From the NCBI RefSeq assembly GCF_030028105.1, contig NC_092379.1, positions 23,863,821-23,927,820 of the forward strand: DNA of 64,000 bases, given 5' to 3'. Source of the stretch: Mobula birostris (Eukaryota). Position 1 is the first letter of the stretch. Every line of letters begins with the position of its first letter. Positions 25,701 through 39,200 of the stretch are shown piece after piece. Under the pieces are notes generated by a model. That model ran no database searches, was not told the DNA's origin, and worked only from the letters and a program-made list of their open reading frames with translations. The translations under genes were made by a program, and so were the position numbers.

Positions 25701-26909
25701 CACTTTCAGAGTGCGGGACCGATGGACCTGGTGTGCATGGATTTCCTGTCTATTGAGCCAGACACCAGCAATGCCGCGAATGTCTTGGTCCTCACGGATC
25801 ACTACACTAGATATGCGCAGGCTTTTCCTACTAAGGATCAGAAAGCGACTACAGTGGCGAAGGTGTTATGGGAAAAGTACTTTGTTCATTATGGCCTTCC
25901 CCGGCGGATCCACAGTGATCAGGGACGGGACTTCGAGAGCAGGCTTATACATGAATTGCTGGGTATGCTTGGGGTTGAAATGTCCAGAACCACCCCCTAT
26001 CACCCGCAAGGTAATCCTCAACCCGAGAGGTTTAACCGGACCCTGCTGGACATGCTTGGCACCTTGGAGACTGGACAGAAGAGTAAGTGGAGTCGGCACA
26101 TTGCCCATTTGGTTCATTGTTACAATTGTACTCTCAATGATGCTACGGGGTACTCGCCTTAATATCTGATGTTCGGACGGGAAGAGAGGTTGCCCATTGA
26201 TCTGTGTTTTGGGACCGAAGTGGGGAAAAATACCTTCGAAGCCATGTCTGAAGTACGTGTCCGATATGAGGAGAGAGTTCAAAAGGGCGTACGAGTTGGC
26301 TGAGGCGGCAGGCACCAAGCAGAACCAGCGGAATAAAAGAGGTATGATCAGAAGGTAAAGTTCATCCAGCTATTGCCGGAAGACCGAGTCCTTATCCGGA
26401 ATTTAGGACTACATGGCAAGCACAAGTTGGCGGACCGTTGGGCAGCCACCCCCTTTGTGGTGGAGAGTCAGATGCCGAATCTCCCGGTTTACCGGGTGAG
26501 ACCTGAGGGCGGGCAGGGGCCTGTCAAGGGACTCCATCGGAACCACCTGTTGCCTCTGGGTCGAGAGCTGAAGGTAGACCTAGAGCCCGAATGGGAGTTT
26601 ACTCCTATTACGAGGACTCTGCGAGGGCGCGGGGCAGGGGAAGAGCCCGCTGCGAAGAAGACGGGGCCGGCCCCCACCAAGAGAAGGGATACGTCATCGG
26701 AAGATGATGATTCGGACGTGTGGTACCTGCTTCCGTTCGCTGATTCCCCGGTGCCGGGAGAAGAGACTCCTGGTTCTTCCATCACTGAGTCAGGGGAACC
26801 GAGGGAGATGTGTTGCGGAGCCGCTTCTATTACAGCCGGGATTGGGGGTGGAGAGGGTGGAGGCAGAACCCGAGCCAGAGGCATCACAGGGGCAGAGGGA
26901 TTCGGGTGA
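22738..26909 (+). pseudogene. Gypsy pol (protease, RT, RNase H, integrase), multiple frameshifts and stops
   Basis: AILDTG; PYASPIVVARKKNGKVRMCVDYRTLN; YLHDLI (mutated YxDD); LHTDAS; TDNNPLTY; integrase core (DLVCMDFL, IHSDQGRDFES, TTPYHPQGNPQPERFN). Confidence 0.92.
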
Positions 26910-28177
26910 AGGGGAAGGTCCGACAGATAGGCCCGAGGGGTCAACTGGGGTGTCTGAACAGGGAGAGTCCGCAAAGTACAGAGACCTCAGAAGAGTAGGC
27001 ATCCCCCGGAAAGACTAACTTATACAGCGCCGGGAGAGCAGGGTGTGATCTCTGCTGCCCTGCAAAGTTATGTCACTGCTTTATGCACCTGGATTGGGTT
27101 TTGTGTTTTACAAGGAGCACTGGTGAACTCTGCTAACGTCATGAGGGCATGACGTTTTGTGGTGGGGGGAGAGTGTACGGGGTCTTTCTTTTGTTACATT
27201 TAAAATGGCGACTTTGTTATGTTAATCAGGGGAATGCGGCTTTGTTGTGCTTTAACGTTGAAGAGAGCTTGCGCTAGCAATTTGTTTTACTTTAAAATGA
27301 GATAACAAAGTTCTATTAGCCAATGGGTGGTTATGTATCGTTTTGTTTTCGGATACCATGCTGTATGATATGACTGTGGACTGGGTTTTGGCGGGGAGTC
27401 GGAGCAGAGAGGAGGAGGACCGCCGACGTGTGGAGAGCCTCCGGTAGATCACTCAGGGTGGACCCGAGCCGTGAGTCGACGTAATTCAGGTGGTCGTCTG
27501 AAGTCGAATTGAGCTCCGACGTAGCGCGCGAAGAACTTGGACTTTGATAAGCGTTGGCGCCTTTTTTTTTCATTACTTTCCTCTCTGTATCAAATGTATA
27601 TTAATGTCATAGAATTAATAATATCTATAAAGTGTATTTGTTAAAATTTACTGGGTGTGCTGGCTGATGATTGATGTTTGTGATTGATTCGGGCGGCAAC
27701 CGACCCTGTGGGGAATGTTGAGGCGGGTGCTGGGCTGGATTTCCCCTAGACATACACGAGCCAATATAACTGAACATTTCGTGAATTACACATCTGGGTC
27801 GCTATTCAGAGAGAATTTGGATGCAATCAGGTTGATGGGTCAGGGGTCATAAAGAGGCTCGGAGGCGAAGGATGAGTGATCTCTTTCCTGAGGGATATCA
27901 CTAATTCTGAAAGGAAATTATTACTAATGGCGAGATTTGAAAATGAATGCAAATTTGAAATCAGACTGCAGATCCAAATCTATTGCAAACTGCTCTGGAA
28001 ATAGCAATAAAAATCAATTCCTGTGTCCGAGCTGTAATCTACACTTAACTCATGATCTGAGTACTCTGGGTGCTTGCTGGAATCTCTTTGAGGAAGAATT
28101 CCCCAGATTAACAAGCTAAATACTGATTCCATTGAATGACAGAGCAGAGAGTTACGTCATTGATCCGATAATGTCTG

Positions 28178-29217
28178 GAAGCAGGAAGCAGGAAGTAAAT
28201 AAGGTGCTTGAGGAGTATAAGAAGTGCAAGAAAATACTTAAGAAAGAAATCAGGAGGGCTAAAAGAAGACATGAGGTTGCATTGGCAGTCAAAGTGAAAG
28301 ATAATCCAAAGAGCTTTTACAGGTATATTAAGAGCAAAAGAATTGTAAGGGATAAAATTGGTCCTCTTGAAGATCAGAGTGGTCGCCTATGTGCGGAACC
28401 AAAGGAAATGGGGGAGATCTTAAATAGTTTTCTTTTAAATCTCTATTTACTAAGGAAACTGACATGAAGTCTATGAAATTAAGAGAAACAAGTAGTGAGA
28501 TCATGGAAACTGTACAGATCGAAAAGGAGGAGATCCTTGCTGTCTTGAGGAAAATTAAAGTGGATAAATCCGCGGGACCTGACAGGGTGTTCCCTCGGAC
28601 CTTGAAGGAGACTGGTGTTGAAATTGCAGGGGCCCTGGCAGAAATATTTAAAATGTCGCTGTCTACAGGTGAGGTGCCGGAGGATTGGAGAGTGGCTCAT
28701 GTTGTTCCGTTGTTTAAAAAAAGGATCGAAAAGTAATCCGGGAAATTATAGGCCGGTAAGTTTAATGTCGGTAGTAGGTAAGTTATTGGAGGGAGTACTA
28801 AGAGACAGAATTTGTAAGCATTTGGAAGAATGAGGGGAGACTTGATAGAGGTATATAAAATTATGATGGGTATAGATAGAGTGAATGCAAGCAGGCTTTT
28901 TCCACTGAGAGAAGGGGAGAAAAAAAATCAGAGGACATGGGTTAAGGGTGAGGGATGAAAGTTTAAAGGGAACATTAGTGGGAGCTTCTTCACACAGAGA
29001 GTGGTGGGAGTATGGAATGTGCTGCCAGACAAGGTGGTAAAGCGGGTTCTTTTTTAACAGTTAAGAATAAATTGGACAGATACATGGGTGGGAGGTGTAT
29101 GGAGGGATATGGTCCGTGTGCAGGTCAGTGGGACTAGGCAGAAAAAGGTTCGGCACAGCCAAGAAGGGCCAAAAGGCCTGTTTCTGTGCTGTAGTTTCCA
29201 TGGTTCTATGGTTCTAT
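28178..29217 (+). mobile_element. CR1 LINE with RT core deleted
   Basis: KDNPKSFYRYIKSKR, VDKSAGPD, NYRPVSL joined directly to RGDLIEVYK; (CTATGGTT)n tail. Confidence 0.9.
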
Positions 29218-31122
29218 GAAGGTAGAGGGCGAAGTCGCAGGCAGGGTAGCAGGCTAGGATTCGGAAGGAAGGGGAAGGGAACTGTCCAGCAGGGAATCCT
29301 TGGTTTACAGAGGGAGTTATGTGCCAGCCCAAAACGAGATCAGGTACCTCAATTAAGGTAACCAATGGAACAAGGGAAAACAGGAAACCCCGGAATAAGC
29401 ATCGATGAACCGGACCGTGAACGGGAATGCGGATTTCACGGACTGGACCATGACAGTACCACCATCCTCTCCTCCCCTCATGTGAGCCTCCTGGCCAACG
29501 AGCAGGCTGTCCAGGACTAAGGACGTTCTGGGCGTTGGGGGGGGGGGCGGGTTACGGTTTAGTATTCAACAGGAGGGCCCGCCAGGATGGCGAGAGTTAA
29601 ACGACAGTGTCTGTGTTGATGGGTCCATGTATGAATGGACTTATCTTATATAAGCGGGCGTTGGAACCACCCAATTGCAAAACACAGTCACTGGAGTACT
29701 GGGAACAGGACACGTTTTATCAAGAAAGCAAAGGGAGTCAGAAAGAAACAGCGCTCGACCTGGACACAGGCCTTGGACGGGACCAGAACACCAGGCCTTG
29801 GACGGGACCAGAACACCAGGCCTTGGACGGGACCAGAAAACCAGGCCTGGGCTAGGACTATGACGACGAAAAGCAGGACCTGGGCAAGGAACATAGAACT
29901 AGGAGCTTTGGCTAGGACTCCGAGCAAGAGACTGGACAGGAACCCGGAAACTGGGTCTTGACTCAGGTTCAGAGTCCGGATCTAGGCAAGTACAAAACGT
30001 GGCTATTTGACTGGACGTGACTAGGCTACAGGACTGGATGTGGAACTCCTGCGCTGGACGAGAACACAAAGAACTTGATTTGGACAGGACTAGGTTCTTG
30101 GACTAGGATTAGACAAGACGAGGTACTTGGACGTGGCTTCGACTAGACGGGATACCTGGACGTGGCTTGGATTAGACGAGGTTCTTGCATATGGCTTGGA
30201 GTAATCGAGGGACTCCTGGACTGGACGACGGAATGCCTGGACAGGGCGAGGAAATCCAGGGCAGGGCTTGGAACTCCAGAGCAGGGCGAGGAGCTCCAGG
30301 ACAGGACATGGCTCTTGGACGAGGTTTGGTTCGGCTTGGTTAGGTTCTTGGGCACAGAGCCAGGAATCCTCCTTGGACTGCAGGGCCGGGGCACTTTCTA
30401 GGACGCAGGGCGGGTCCATTTTTAGAAGGCAGTGCCGGGACGCTTTCTAGGACACAGGGCCGGGACCCTTTCATGGATGCAGTGCCGGGAGGCTGTCTAG
30501 GACGCAGAGCCGGTATAATTTCTAGGACGCAGGGACGGGGCACTTTATAGGACGTCGGGCCGGGATGACTATCGAGGATTCTAGGCGAGAGACCTGCCGA
30601 GGTAACTGTCGGGGATTCGGGTACGGACGATCCAGCACAGGACGAGACACTCCAGCACAGTACGAGAAGACGAAGCCTTGACTTGGACAGGAGTGGAACA
30701 CGGCGCCTGGAACTTGGAACACAGGAACATAGAACACAGAGCCGGGACCCCTCCTTAAGGACAGGGCATAGGGACGGGTCTCGTACAAGGAACCCCGAGC
30801 CAAGACCCCTCCTTTGCAACAGGCCATAGGGCCGGGACTCTTTTAGACACGGGACAATAAACACGAGGACATAACACGACAATTCCAAAGTCAACGACAG
30901 ATTTTTCCTTAACTTGATGCGACAAAGCTCCTGTCTCTCTTCGGCGGGTTAACTTGACGACGAAATTTGACGAAGTGGCAGACGAAGGTGGTAGACAAAT
31001 GTAGCAGGCGAGGTTGCATGCGAGGATTCGGAAGGAAGGGGAAGGGAACAATCCAGCAGTGATTCCTTGTATTGCAGAGGTATTTATGTGCCAGCCCAAA
31101 ACGAGATTCAGGTGCTTCAATT
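29218..31122 (-). mobile_element. Non-autonomous LTR element (long repeat-rich LTR, ~190-bp internal region, truncated 3' LTR)
   Basis: Direct repeats at about 29225-29355 and 31000-31122. A purine tract precedes TGTCATG at 29455. Gag-start-like ATGGACCCA at 29628. Internal 25-bp x3 repeat at 29771-29845 and GCCGGG...CTAGGACG arrays. Confidence 0.65.
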
Positions 31123-31173
31123 GGGAAAGATATTCACAGTGTTCCGTCTCCCCATTCACCCAATACAACTACT
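31123..31173 (-). pseudogene. JH 5' remnant with 23-bp RSS, unit III, truncated by an LTR element
   Basis: Heptamer CACAGTG (+31135-31141), 23 bp, ACAACTACT. About 12 nt of J (AATATCTTTCCC) precede LTR sequence. Confidence 0.7.
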
Positions 31174-31485
31174 TCACTTGCTTGCCACATCCACTGATCT
31201 CAGAAAAGTGTCAACATGATCCCAGACCGGCAGCAGCCACTTCCTGGATTTGTATCCGAAATTCTGATCTTAGCTCTTCCTGGTCGCTGAATAAAAGAGA
31301 CCTTTTCACAGTTCTCCTGTGTGCAGACAAGAAAATCAAAGTCGAAACCAGTTGGGCATTTACTAGCCCAGAAATAAACATTTTCTATTGCAGTCTCATT
31401 CAGCCTTCAGGGATTTGACTCTGGGAGGCAACAATGCGGAATTCGTGGAGACAGACAACGATGCTGATGCCCATTTGTCGGGACT

Positions 31486-31549
31486 AGTTTCTGTTCAGCT
31501 CCCCATCACCGTGGTGGAGATCACAGTGCTTCACTGCAGGTCAAAATCA
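31486..31549 (-). other. D segment (ATCTCCAC) with 12/12 RSS, unit III
   Basis: Heptamers CACAGTG and CACGGTG, 12-bp spacers, nonamers TCAAAATCA and ACAGAAACT. Confidence 0.88.
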
Positions 31550-31778
31550 GACTTCATCATATCCAGCCGAAATGCAATGGATCGCAGAGCCGGCCAAAGT
31601 ATATATTAAACCCTCCCTCTGGGTAAAGGCGTCCGACATAGCAGGTCTCAATCTCGGCCATCCCAGTTCTGAAGTAGATATGATATAACTAACCGACAGC
31701 TTTTTCTGGGCTTCAACTAACAGTTCCTCTTCAGTAGTTCCGTTCGCATTGAGACGCATTTCCATTTGAACCTGTGTC

Positions 31779-33300
31779 ATGCTGGATCGACAGATGGAAA
31801 GGCAATCGTACCACGAATACACTAACACACGTAATTCTTTTTCAAGCCTTTATTCTTTACTGATAGCATGCTATGGGGGAAGTTACAGACGATCTCCCAA
31901 AAGAGCCCCGAATTACACAATTCTCCACAATTTATGACATTGATCAGGAAGCAGGAAATCTTACGATTACGGGTTTAGATAACATTAGAGACATTTCAAT
32001 TCCATGCTAAGATACAGTTAGATGTAAAAATAATCATTGGTTAGTTAGTTATGATTATTCAAAGCCAAAGCTATAGTTATATCTTGAGATGCTTCTGCAA
32101 AATCGGATAGTTCTTTTTTTGAACCTTTGCCTATCTATAGGGAGCAATGACAAGTACGCCACCGGTTGCTGGGTAAAGTTTCTTTTTGACTGTTAAAAAC
32201 AGTAAGATAAGGCGCCCACAAGGTGATCGTTCATTAGTTAATCATTTTTCTTGGTCTGTACCCCTATTTTCCTAGCCCTTCACTCCATCAATCCGCCGTT
32301 TTATCATACCATAATAACCAATCAAACACGGGGACGAGAAGGGCATCATCAATCTTTCCATGAAAAGCTGGCAGCCAGCATTTAGGCAGGTCATTATCAC
32401 ACAGCAAGCAATGATTATAACAATGAGAATAATCAGCCCATGCAGGAAATACGACTCCCGTGATCCTCCGTCCAACCATCCTAACCAACCATCCTCCTTC
32501 CCTGAACCTTGCTTGATATCATTCAATAGTTTCGTAATGGACTGAATGGCATGGATCACGTTGTATAATTCGTCAGTAACATTTGTCTCCGACTATGGCG
32601 CATACCCCTCCCTGCTGGGCCAACAGATAATCCACAGCATACCTGGTCTGTAGTGCGTAGAGTCGCAACTCCACCAATTCTCTGTTAACAGACTCCAGGC
32701 CTTCCACCGTACTGTTTCCCAGTGCCGCCAGCCCACCAATGAGATAGTTGCGGTTCTTCGTAGCTATGGTTCCTGCCTAACCCCATAGAGCGAGAGTGCT
32801 CAGAAACCCATAGCCCAGAGAAGAGCCCAGAGTATCAGGATTCCTCCAGTCAAAACAGAATTCATTACTCACGGCTCGAGCTGTCAGTCGCCGTCGAACG
32901 TGGGCAACCTGAGGGCAGTGAACAGAAAGTGGTCCAATCGTTCCTACTGCAAGGAGGTTAGGCAGAATGGTGGTACATGCAGTATAGGTACCGTTGAACA
33001 GTAACATATATCCTGTTTTGGCCCTGTAACAGGTATTTTTTGTAACTCAATATTTTATCATACCACAAGTGGTCCTGTGGATACAGGGAGGAGTATTCAA
33101 AAGTTCCGGAACCTGCCGACACATGAGTCGCATTGCAATATCCACGTGCATACTGACTTCCCTTAAAGAGTGGCACACATTGTTCGTGGACACATTTGCA
33201 AGAGAATATTCCCTGGTTTATCCTACATCGGCGGTCCGGACAATGTCTCTTCAGGCAAGATATCTCCGGCGGATCCCTGACAAGGACGCACCCCTCCCCC
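31779..33300 (-). mobile_element. Endogenous retrovirus fragment: 3' part of env plus putative 3' LTR (about 32291-31779)
   Basis: Minus strand ELVELRLYALQTRYAVDYLLAQQGGVCAIVGDKC (ISD/CKS-17-like), basic SU/TM cleavage region VRRRLTAR, TM anchor GLIILIVIIIACCVIM, downstream AATAAA. Absent from paralogous V-D intervals. Confidence 0.85.
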
Positions 33301-33854
33301 TTCCAGACTATGCACTCCGTTTCCAGACTATGCACTCCGGATCCGATTTATACCTATGGTCGAAGGGTAATGATCGTCAGAATCGAACGAAGAGCCTAGT
33401 GAAAAGTGTTCTGTTGCAGTAGATATTGAGAGCCGTTAGCTCTCACACTGAGGCACACCATGAAATAGCCGGTATGATACACCGACGGACAGTAACGTCC
33501 GACCCTCTCGCTGTCTCTCAGCAGATCACCTTCAGTCAAATCACACCAGAACACCATTGTTTCTCTTGTCATTAATGTTCTGCGTACCCCGATCATCTAT
33601 TGTAACATGCAGACGAAGGAACGACACCTGACAAGGTGGATCAGTGAACCCATTTCCACTCAGGGCGCTTGGCTTCTGAAATGATCCGCTGAGTCCCTCG
33701 GCCCATCCATCCAGCATCCCCTTTCTGGAATCACTGCTGAGAACCCGCTTTCCATTGCATGGACGAGCGGATGTGGCCCTTAACGACCGGGATACAACTG
33801 TGGCGATAACTACTGACCTTTTCCTCTGCGCCCTACCGGTCGGCGATTTCACTG

Positions 33855-33893
33855 GGTTTTTGTGCAGTTCTACTCCCGATCTCTCTCACCGTG
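33855..33893 (-). promoter_or_regulatory. V RSS, unit III (CACGGTG, 23-bp spacer, ACAAAAACC)
   Basis: Counted directly from the sequence. Confidence 0.93.
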
Positions 33894-34378
33894 TGTTTCG
33901 CACAGTAATAGGTGGCCGTGTCGTCCAGTATTAGGCTGTTTATTTGCAGATAAACTGTGCTGCTGTCCTTGGAAACCTCGAATCGGCCTTCGAATCTAGG
34001 AGCGTAATCTTTGTTACCGTTACCCCAGACAACGGCCACCCATTCCGGCCCTTTCCCTGAGACCTGTTTCACCCAGTGCACGCCATTGTTGCTGAGCCTG
34101 AACCCACTGACCGCACAGGTCAGTCTGTGGGACTGTCCGGGTTTTACCATCTCTGACTCGGGCTGTTTCAGCACGATATCGGACATCACGCCTGTTAACA
34201 AAAGAAGAGCAGAAATTGATAAAAATGTTCCACGAGCATAGATTCAGAAAGCCTCCTAGAAACAGTCTGCCTCGGGTAGATAATAAATTGTGAGACAGAC
34301 ACCTGGAAGGCAAAGCAGGAGGAGACAGAAATAAGGATTGCCACATATCTTGCTGAGCACTGAAGCCGACTTCGACAT
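33894..34378 (-). CDS. IGHV: Ig heavy-chain V gene, unit III (leader 34378-34303, V exon 34191-33894)
   Basis: [95 protein letters not shown]; open leader and intact splice sites. Confidence 0.95.
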
Positions 34379-35751
34379 TTTTGAGATCAGCGGCGTTAGT
34401 TGAAACCGCATTTATCGCGATCCGCCGAGAGCGCTGTTCAAATAGAGACGTAGACTGCCAGTGAGAGGAGGAGCCGCGGTTTGTAAAGGCTCCCACACAA
34501 TGAAACCAGAGACAGATTCCTGTCCCCGCCCCCAGCAGAAATTACAATTTTCCAAAATATATTCGTCTCTGCACAAGAGACAGGTCAGCGGCAGTGACCA
34601 GATCCTGATTGACAGGGCTGAGAGACACTAGCCAGTGGACAAACGTCACCCTGTGAGACAGGAAGTGTGAGACACCGGTCAGTGGACAGAGATTCCTCTC
34701 AGAGACAAGAACTGAGAGATTCTAGTCAATGGACCGGTGCCGCCCCGCTACCCCCGATACAGCGACTAACTGACTAGTCCATGGACAGAGAAATTATGAG
34801 AGACAAAGACTGAGAGACTCCAGTTAGTGGACAGATATCGCTCTGAATGACAGAGTCTGAGCACACCAGTGAATGGACAGATTTTCTCCTTTGGGACACC
34901 GTTCGAGAGACACTGGACTGTGCACGGAAATGTTATAAACAAAAAGCTCATGGTGTATATGTGATTATCCAGTTGTCGTCATATTAAGACTAATGTTGGC
35001 AAACGCGTAGGGTCACGAAAGGATGACATCGGCAGCTGATATTTGAATATGCTCATGTTTAGAGGAGGTCACTTAGAAGTTAGAATTTGGGCCATCGACA
35101 TGAATGTATAATCATATGTGAAGCCAAAATATTAGCTACATGGCTAAGTGGTTCTGGAATTTCCAAGAGTGGAGAATAGATTTCACCTGTTGCCTGAGAT
35201 GGAGGACCTTAACTACATGGAGAGGTTACGTAAGCTGGATGTATTTTCGCTGGAAGGCTAAAACTATCGTTGTTGAAGTTTATAAAATTGTGAGCAGTAC
35301 GGATGCAGCCAAATTCCGTTTCCCAGGCTACACGAGGTTACAACTAGAGGGCACAAGTTTCTGGTGAGAGGGTCAGAAAGTAAAGAATATCTTAGCGATA
35401 TTATCCCATTCACGGGGCTACGCTTATTCCAAAGACCTTCCAGGTAAGGTGGGGCAGCTGATACCATACGTTGTTTTAAAGACAGCTGTGCAGGTGAATG
35501 AATAGGAACGGCAGAAAAGTGATGGGTGATACACCTACAAATGAAATGATGGTATATAGGCATCTCGGGAGTCCGAAAAATCCATTTCCTGTGCTGTAAG
35601 ATATTCTGATTCTCTTCCACGGCATCCTGTACATGCTGAAATATTGCACCCTGAGGTATTATGTTACTTGCCCCTCTATCAGTACTTTTAATGTGGTGAT
35701 AATGGTGGTCATCCTGGACTACCGGGTATTTCTTCCTTCTCTGTATTTGGA

Positions 35752-36251
35752 TTTAGATTAGATTATGAAGACACGCAGTCCTCTTTTATTGTCATTTAGT
35801 AATGCATGCATTAAGAAATGATACAATATTTCTTCCGCTGTGATATTACAAAATACAGGACAGACCAAGGCTGAAAAACTATCAAAACCACATAATTATA
35901 ACCTACAGTTACAACAGTTCAACAATACCATAACTTGATGAAGAAGTCCATGAACACAGTAAAAAGTTCAAAGTCTCTCAAATGTTCCACATCTCTCGCA
36001 GACGGGAGAAGGAAGAAAAAACTCTCCTTGCCATGCCCGACCACAGTCACGACTCTGAGTCATCTGAAAAAATCGAGCCTCCGATCAGCGAACTTGAGTT
36101 TCAGAAATTTCTCCAGATGTTCCTGTGTGCTTTCACGTCTATCTCCATCAAATCAGAATTGTACACGGTCACTGTTTAACGGATAGGATATCATTTTTCA
36201 CCGGAGGGCTGCGCACGCGCGGCACGCTGCTCTCTCTCCTCCCGTCTACCC
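35752..36251 (-). mobile_element. Unclassified retroposon insertion (unit III upstream region only)
   Basis: About 500 bp absent from paralogs at about 10.25, 48.0 and 61.46 kb; (AATCT)n-type tail at the left end. Confidence 0.55.
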
Positions 36252-39200
36252 TACTTCAGTAGGTAATTTTATTTAAATTAATTTGTTCGTGTATTTACTC
36301 TCCAAGTGTTATTCGACGATCACTTTATACGGTCTATTTCTACCGTGGACCGTGTTTATCCCTTCCCCGCCCAACTATTTGATCCACAATGCTTCCTCTT
36401 TCTCGTTCCAACCTCTGACAGTGGGTCTTTGAACTGAAACATTAACCCAAGTTTCTCTCTTGCGGTGCATATGATCTGAACTCGTGAGCATTTCCAGATT
36501 TATTTTTGAAATCCCAACGTCTGTTTTTTTTTCAAATTTGTTATGACAAAAATGTGTTTCCGTGGGTGCGTAATGACTCAAGCATTAAATTCCACAGACA
36601 GCCCCTCATGAGATTAATAATATAAGACTGTAACACTCAGTACATAGACTATAGAACTGTATAGGCAATGCCCCTTTAGCTTGCCCTTGTCTGTGGCAAT
36701 CATGATGCTCTTTTTAAGCAGCATATCAGCCTACTGCCTCATGATGCATTGTCTATGAAATTGTCTCTTAGAGGTTGCATTCGTATCCGCTTCCATATGT
36801 CCTGCTGAAGTTCCAGGTACTTTCAGTCTTCGCATTTAAAAAAAAAAATCTCGTGTATCCTCTCTTTCATCTTAAATCAATGTGTCCGAAGATTTCACGG
36901 CTCCACCCTGGCATAAATACACTGATTATCTTCCCTGTCAAGCTCTCATATTATGTATTTCACCAGGTCGTCGACGGGCATTAATGTTCAATATAATGCA
37001 ATTGTAGTTTGTCTAAACTCACTCATGTACCATACAAGCTAATCCAGATAGCATACAAGTGACCCACTTCTGTGCCATATCCAAAACCTCATATCCTTCC
37101 TAAAATGTGACGACAAGAACTGCTCGCAATACTAAAAGTGCGGCCGATCGAAAAATTTACATAGCGGCAACTTTGTTTGCTCACATTTATACCTATTGAC
37201 GCGAGCGATAACGGGATATATATTGTAGCTTCATTTAGCACACTACTTCCAGAGGCGCAAAGCCTTGTAGGGTTTGAAGGCTTGTGTGTCTCAATGACTC
37301 TGAAGGCCCTGTGCTCTGTCGCTTCGTAGGATCATTTATGCCACACAGATCACTCTGTAGAGGCTGCGCTAAGAGCGATAGACCGGTACTCTAGGACCGT
37401 GGGCTGGGGTTCAGCTCAGTGCCAACAGCCATGACAAGTGAAAAAAGGACGAAGTGTTCCTCGTTTGAAGTGACACACTGAAGAAGCACTTAGCAATCTA
37501 ATCCCTCTACAAAACGTCTGCTGAAGTTCCAGGTGCTTTCAGTCTTTGCATTTGTTATAGTTTCTGTTTTTACCCCTCTTAATATCCTCTCTTTCATCTT
37601 AAATCAATGTGGCCGACATTTCAGGGCTCCACCTTGGTATTAAAGATATTATATATATCACCAGCTCGGCCGACAGGCTTTATTGCTCAAGAAGATGCAA
37701 TTCTAGTTTGTCTAAGCTCCCCTCATATACCATACAAGCCAATCCAGAAAACATACAGTTGACCCACTTCTGTGCCACATCCAGAACCTCGCATCCTTCC
37801 TAAAATGTGACAACGAGAACTGTTCGCAATACTCAAAATGTGGTAGAGCCAAAATTTTATATAGCTGCAATATTACTTGCAGAGACTCAATGACAAATGA
37901 CAGGAGCAAAAACGGGATATATGCTGCAGGCTTCATTTAACACACTCCTCCTAGAGATTCGGAGGCTTGAGTGCCCCAATGACCCTGAGGGCCTTTTGCT
38001 CTGTCGCGTGGTAGGTTCCCTCATACCATGCAGATCAAAATGTACAGGTTGCGCTAAGAGTGATACACCGGTACTCTAGGTCCGGAGGCGGGGGTTTAGC
38101 TCAAGGCCAACAGCCCTGACAAGTGAATAAATAGACGAAAGTGACCCTCAAATGAAGTGACACACTGCGGAAGCAATTGCTGATTTGGGGAAGGCGCTGG
38201 GATATTTTGGGGTTGCAGAAGTCAATGAAAAACAAATTGGTTTAAGCGGAATAAATTCAGTAAAATAACAAAAAAATGGAAAAGCGTAGTTTCCACGAAT
38301 CAGTCTGACATAATTTGGTGAAAGTTTATTGATGTGAAAGAATAACCCTGTTTCTCAAAACGCACAAGTTCCCTGAGCTGCTCAGTGCTGGCATTGCAGG
38401 AGGTCATTCAGGCAGATTTGCAGGCGAAGATCTCATTCATCCCAGGATCAACAGGCGGTGAGTGCATTTTGTCTGTATCTGTGTTCCTTGGGTACTTAAA
38501 AAAAAATCACCGGTCAAACTGACAGCCGGGAGCTGGGCTGAAGGGGGATGCTGGATGTGCATGTGTCAGCTCAGAAAAAGCATGCAACGAAATAACGTTT
38601 GGGTATTTGCGCAAGATAATCGAGGATGAATCAACAGATCAGGTGAACTTCGATCTGATTGTTCTCTGCATTGTATCAACTTGATATAGCGGGTAACTTG
38701 CACAACAGGTGGGCAATTTTAGTTCGTTATCATCTGGACTCTGGGCTTTTCTGGTAAAGTCGGAATGAATTATACATATGGGTCGCCATTCAGAGAGCCT
38801 TTGGAAGCAAAAACATTGATAGTCCAGGAGTCATAAAGTTGCGCCCAGGGTAACGCTGAGAGAGCTCTTTCCTCAAGGATATCAGTAATTCTGAAAGGAT
38901 ATCCTTACTAATGGCAAGACTTAAAAAAAAATTCAAATTGCTAAGATGTTAGAAATCTGACCGCTGATCCAAATCTGTTGCAGATCATTTCTATTTGAGT
39001 TTAAATTTGACAAATTGTTTTGAGGTGGTATTCGCTGCTCGTCCATCCCCTGCCCTACTCATCTGATTTCGTTTGCTGTCCTATTTTCCATCGTCCGAAA
39101 TCCAGCTTTCGGCTTTCCCTTTGTATCACTCTATAGATCGTGTCCAAGACAATCTTTCTCCTTCGAAAACATCACAAGAATAGCCTGTATGTTTTGTTAT

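Larger units (their letters stand above)
20753..27781 (+). mobile_element. Gypsy/Ty3 LTR retrotransposon, near full length, inactivated
   Basis: LTRs 20753-21361 (TG...CA) and 27174-27781; 4-bp TSD TGAA; tRNA-Pro-like PBS TGGGGGCTACCGTCCTGGAT near 21364; PPT before 27174. Inserted into a host sequence that is contiguous in paralogous units. Confidence 0.95.
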
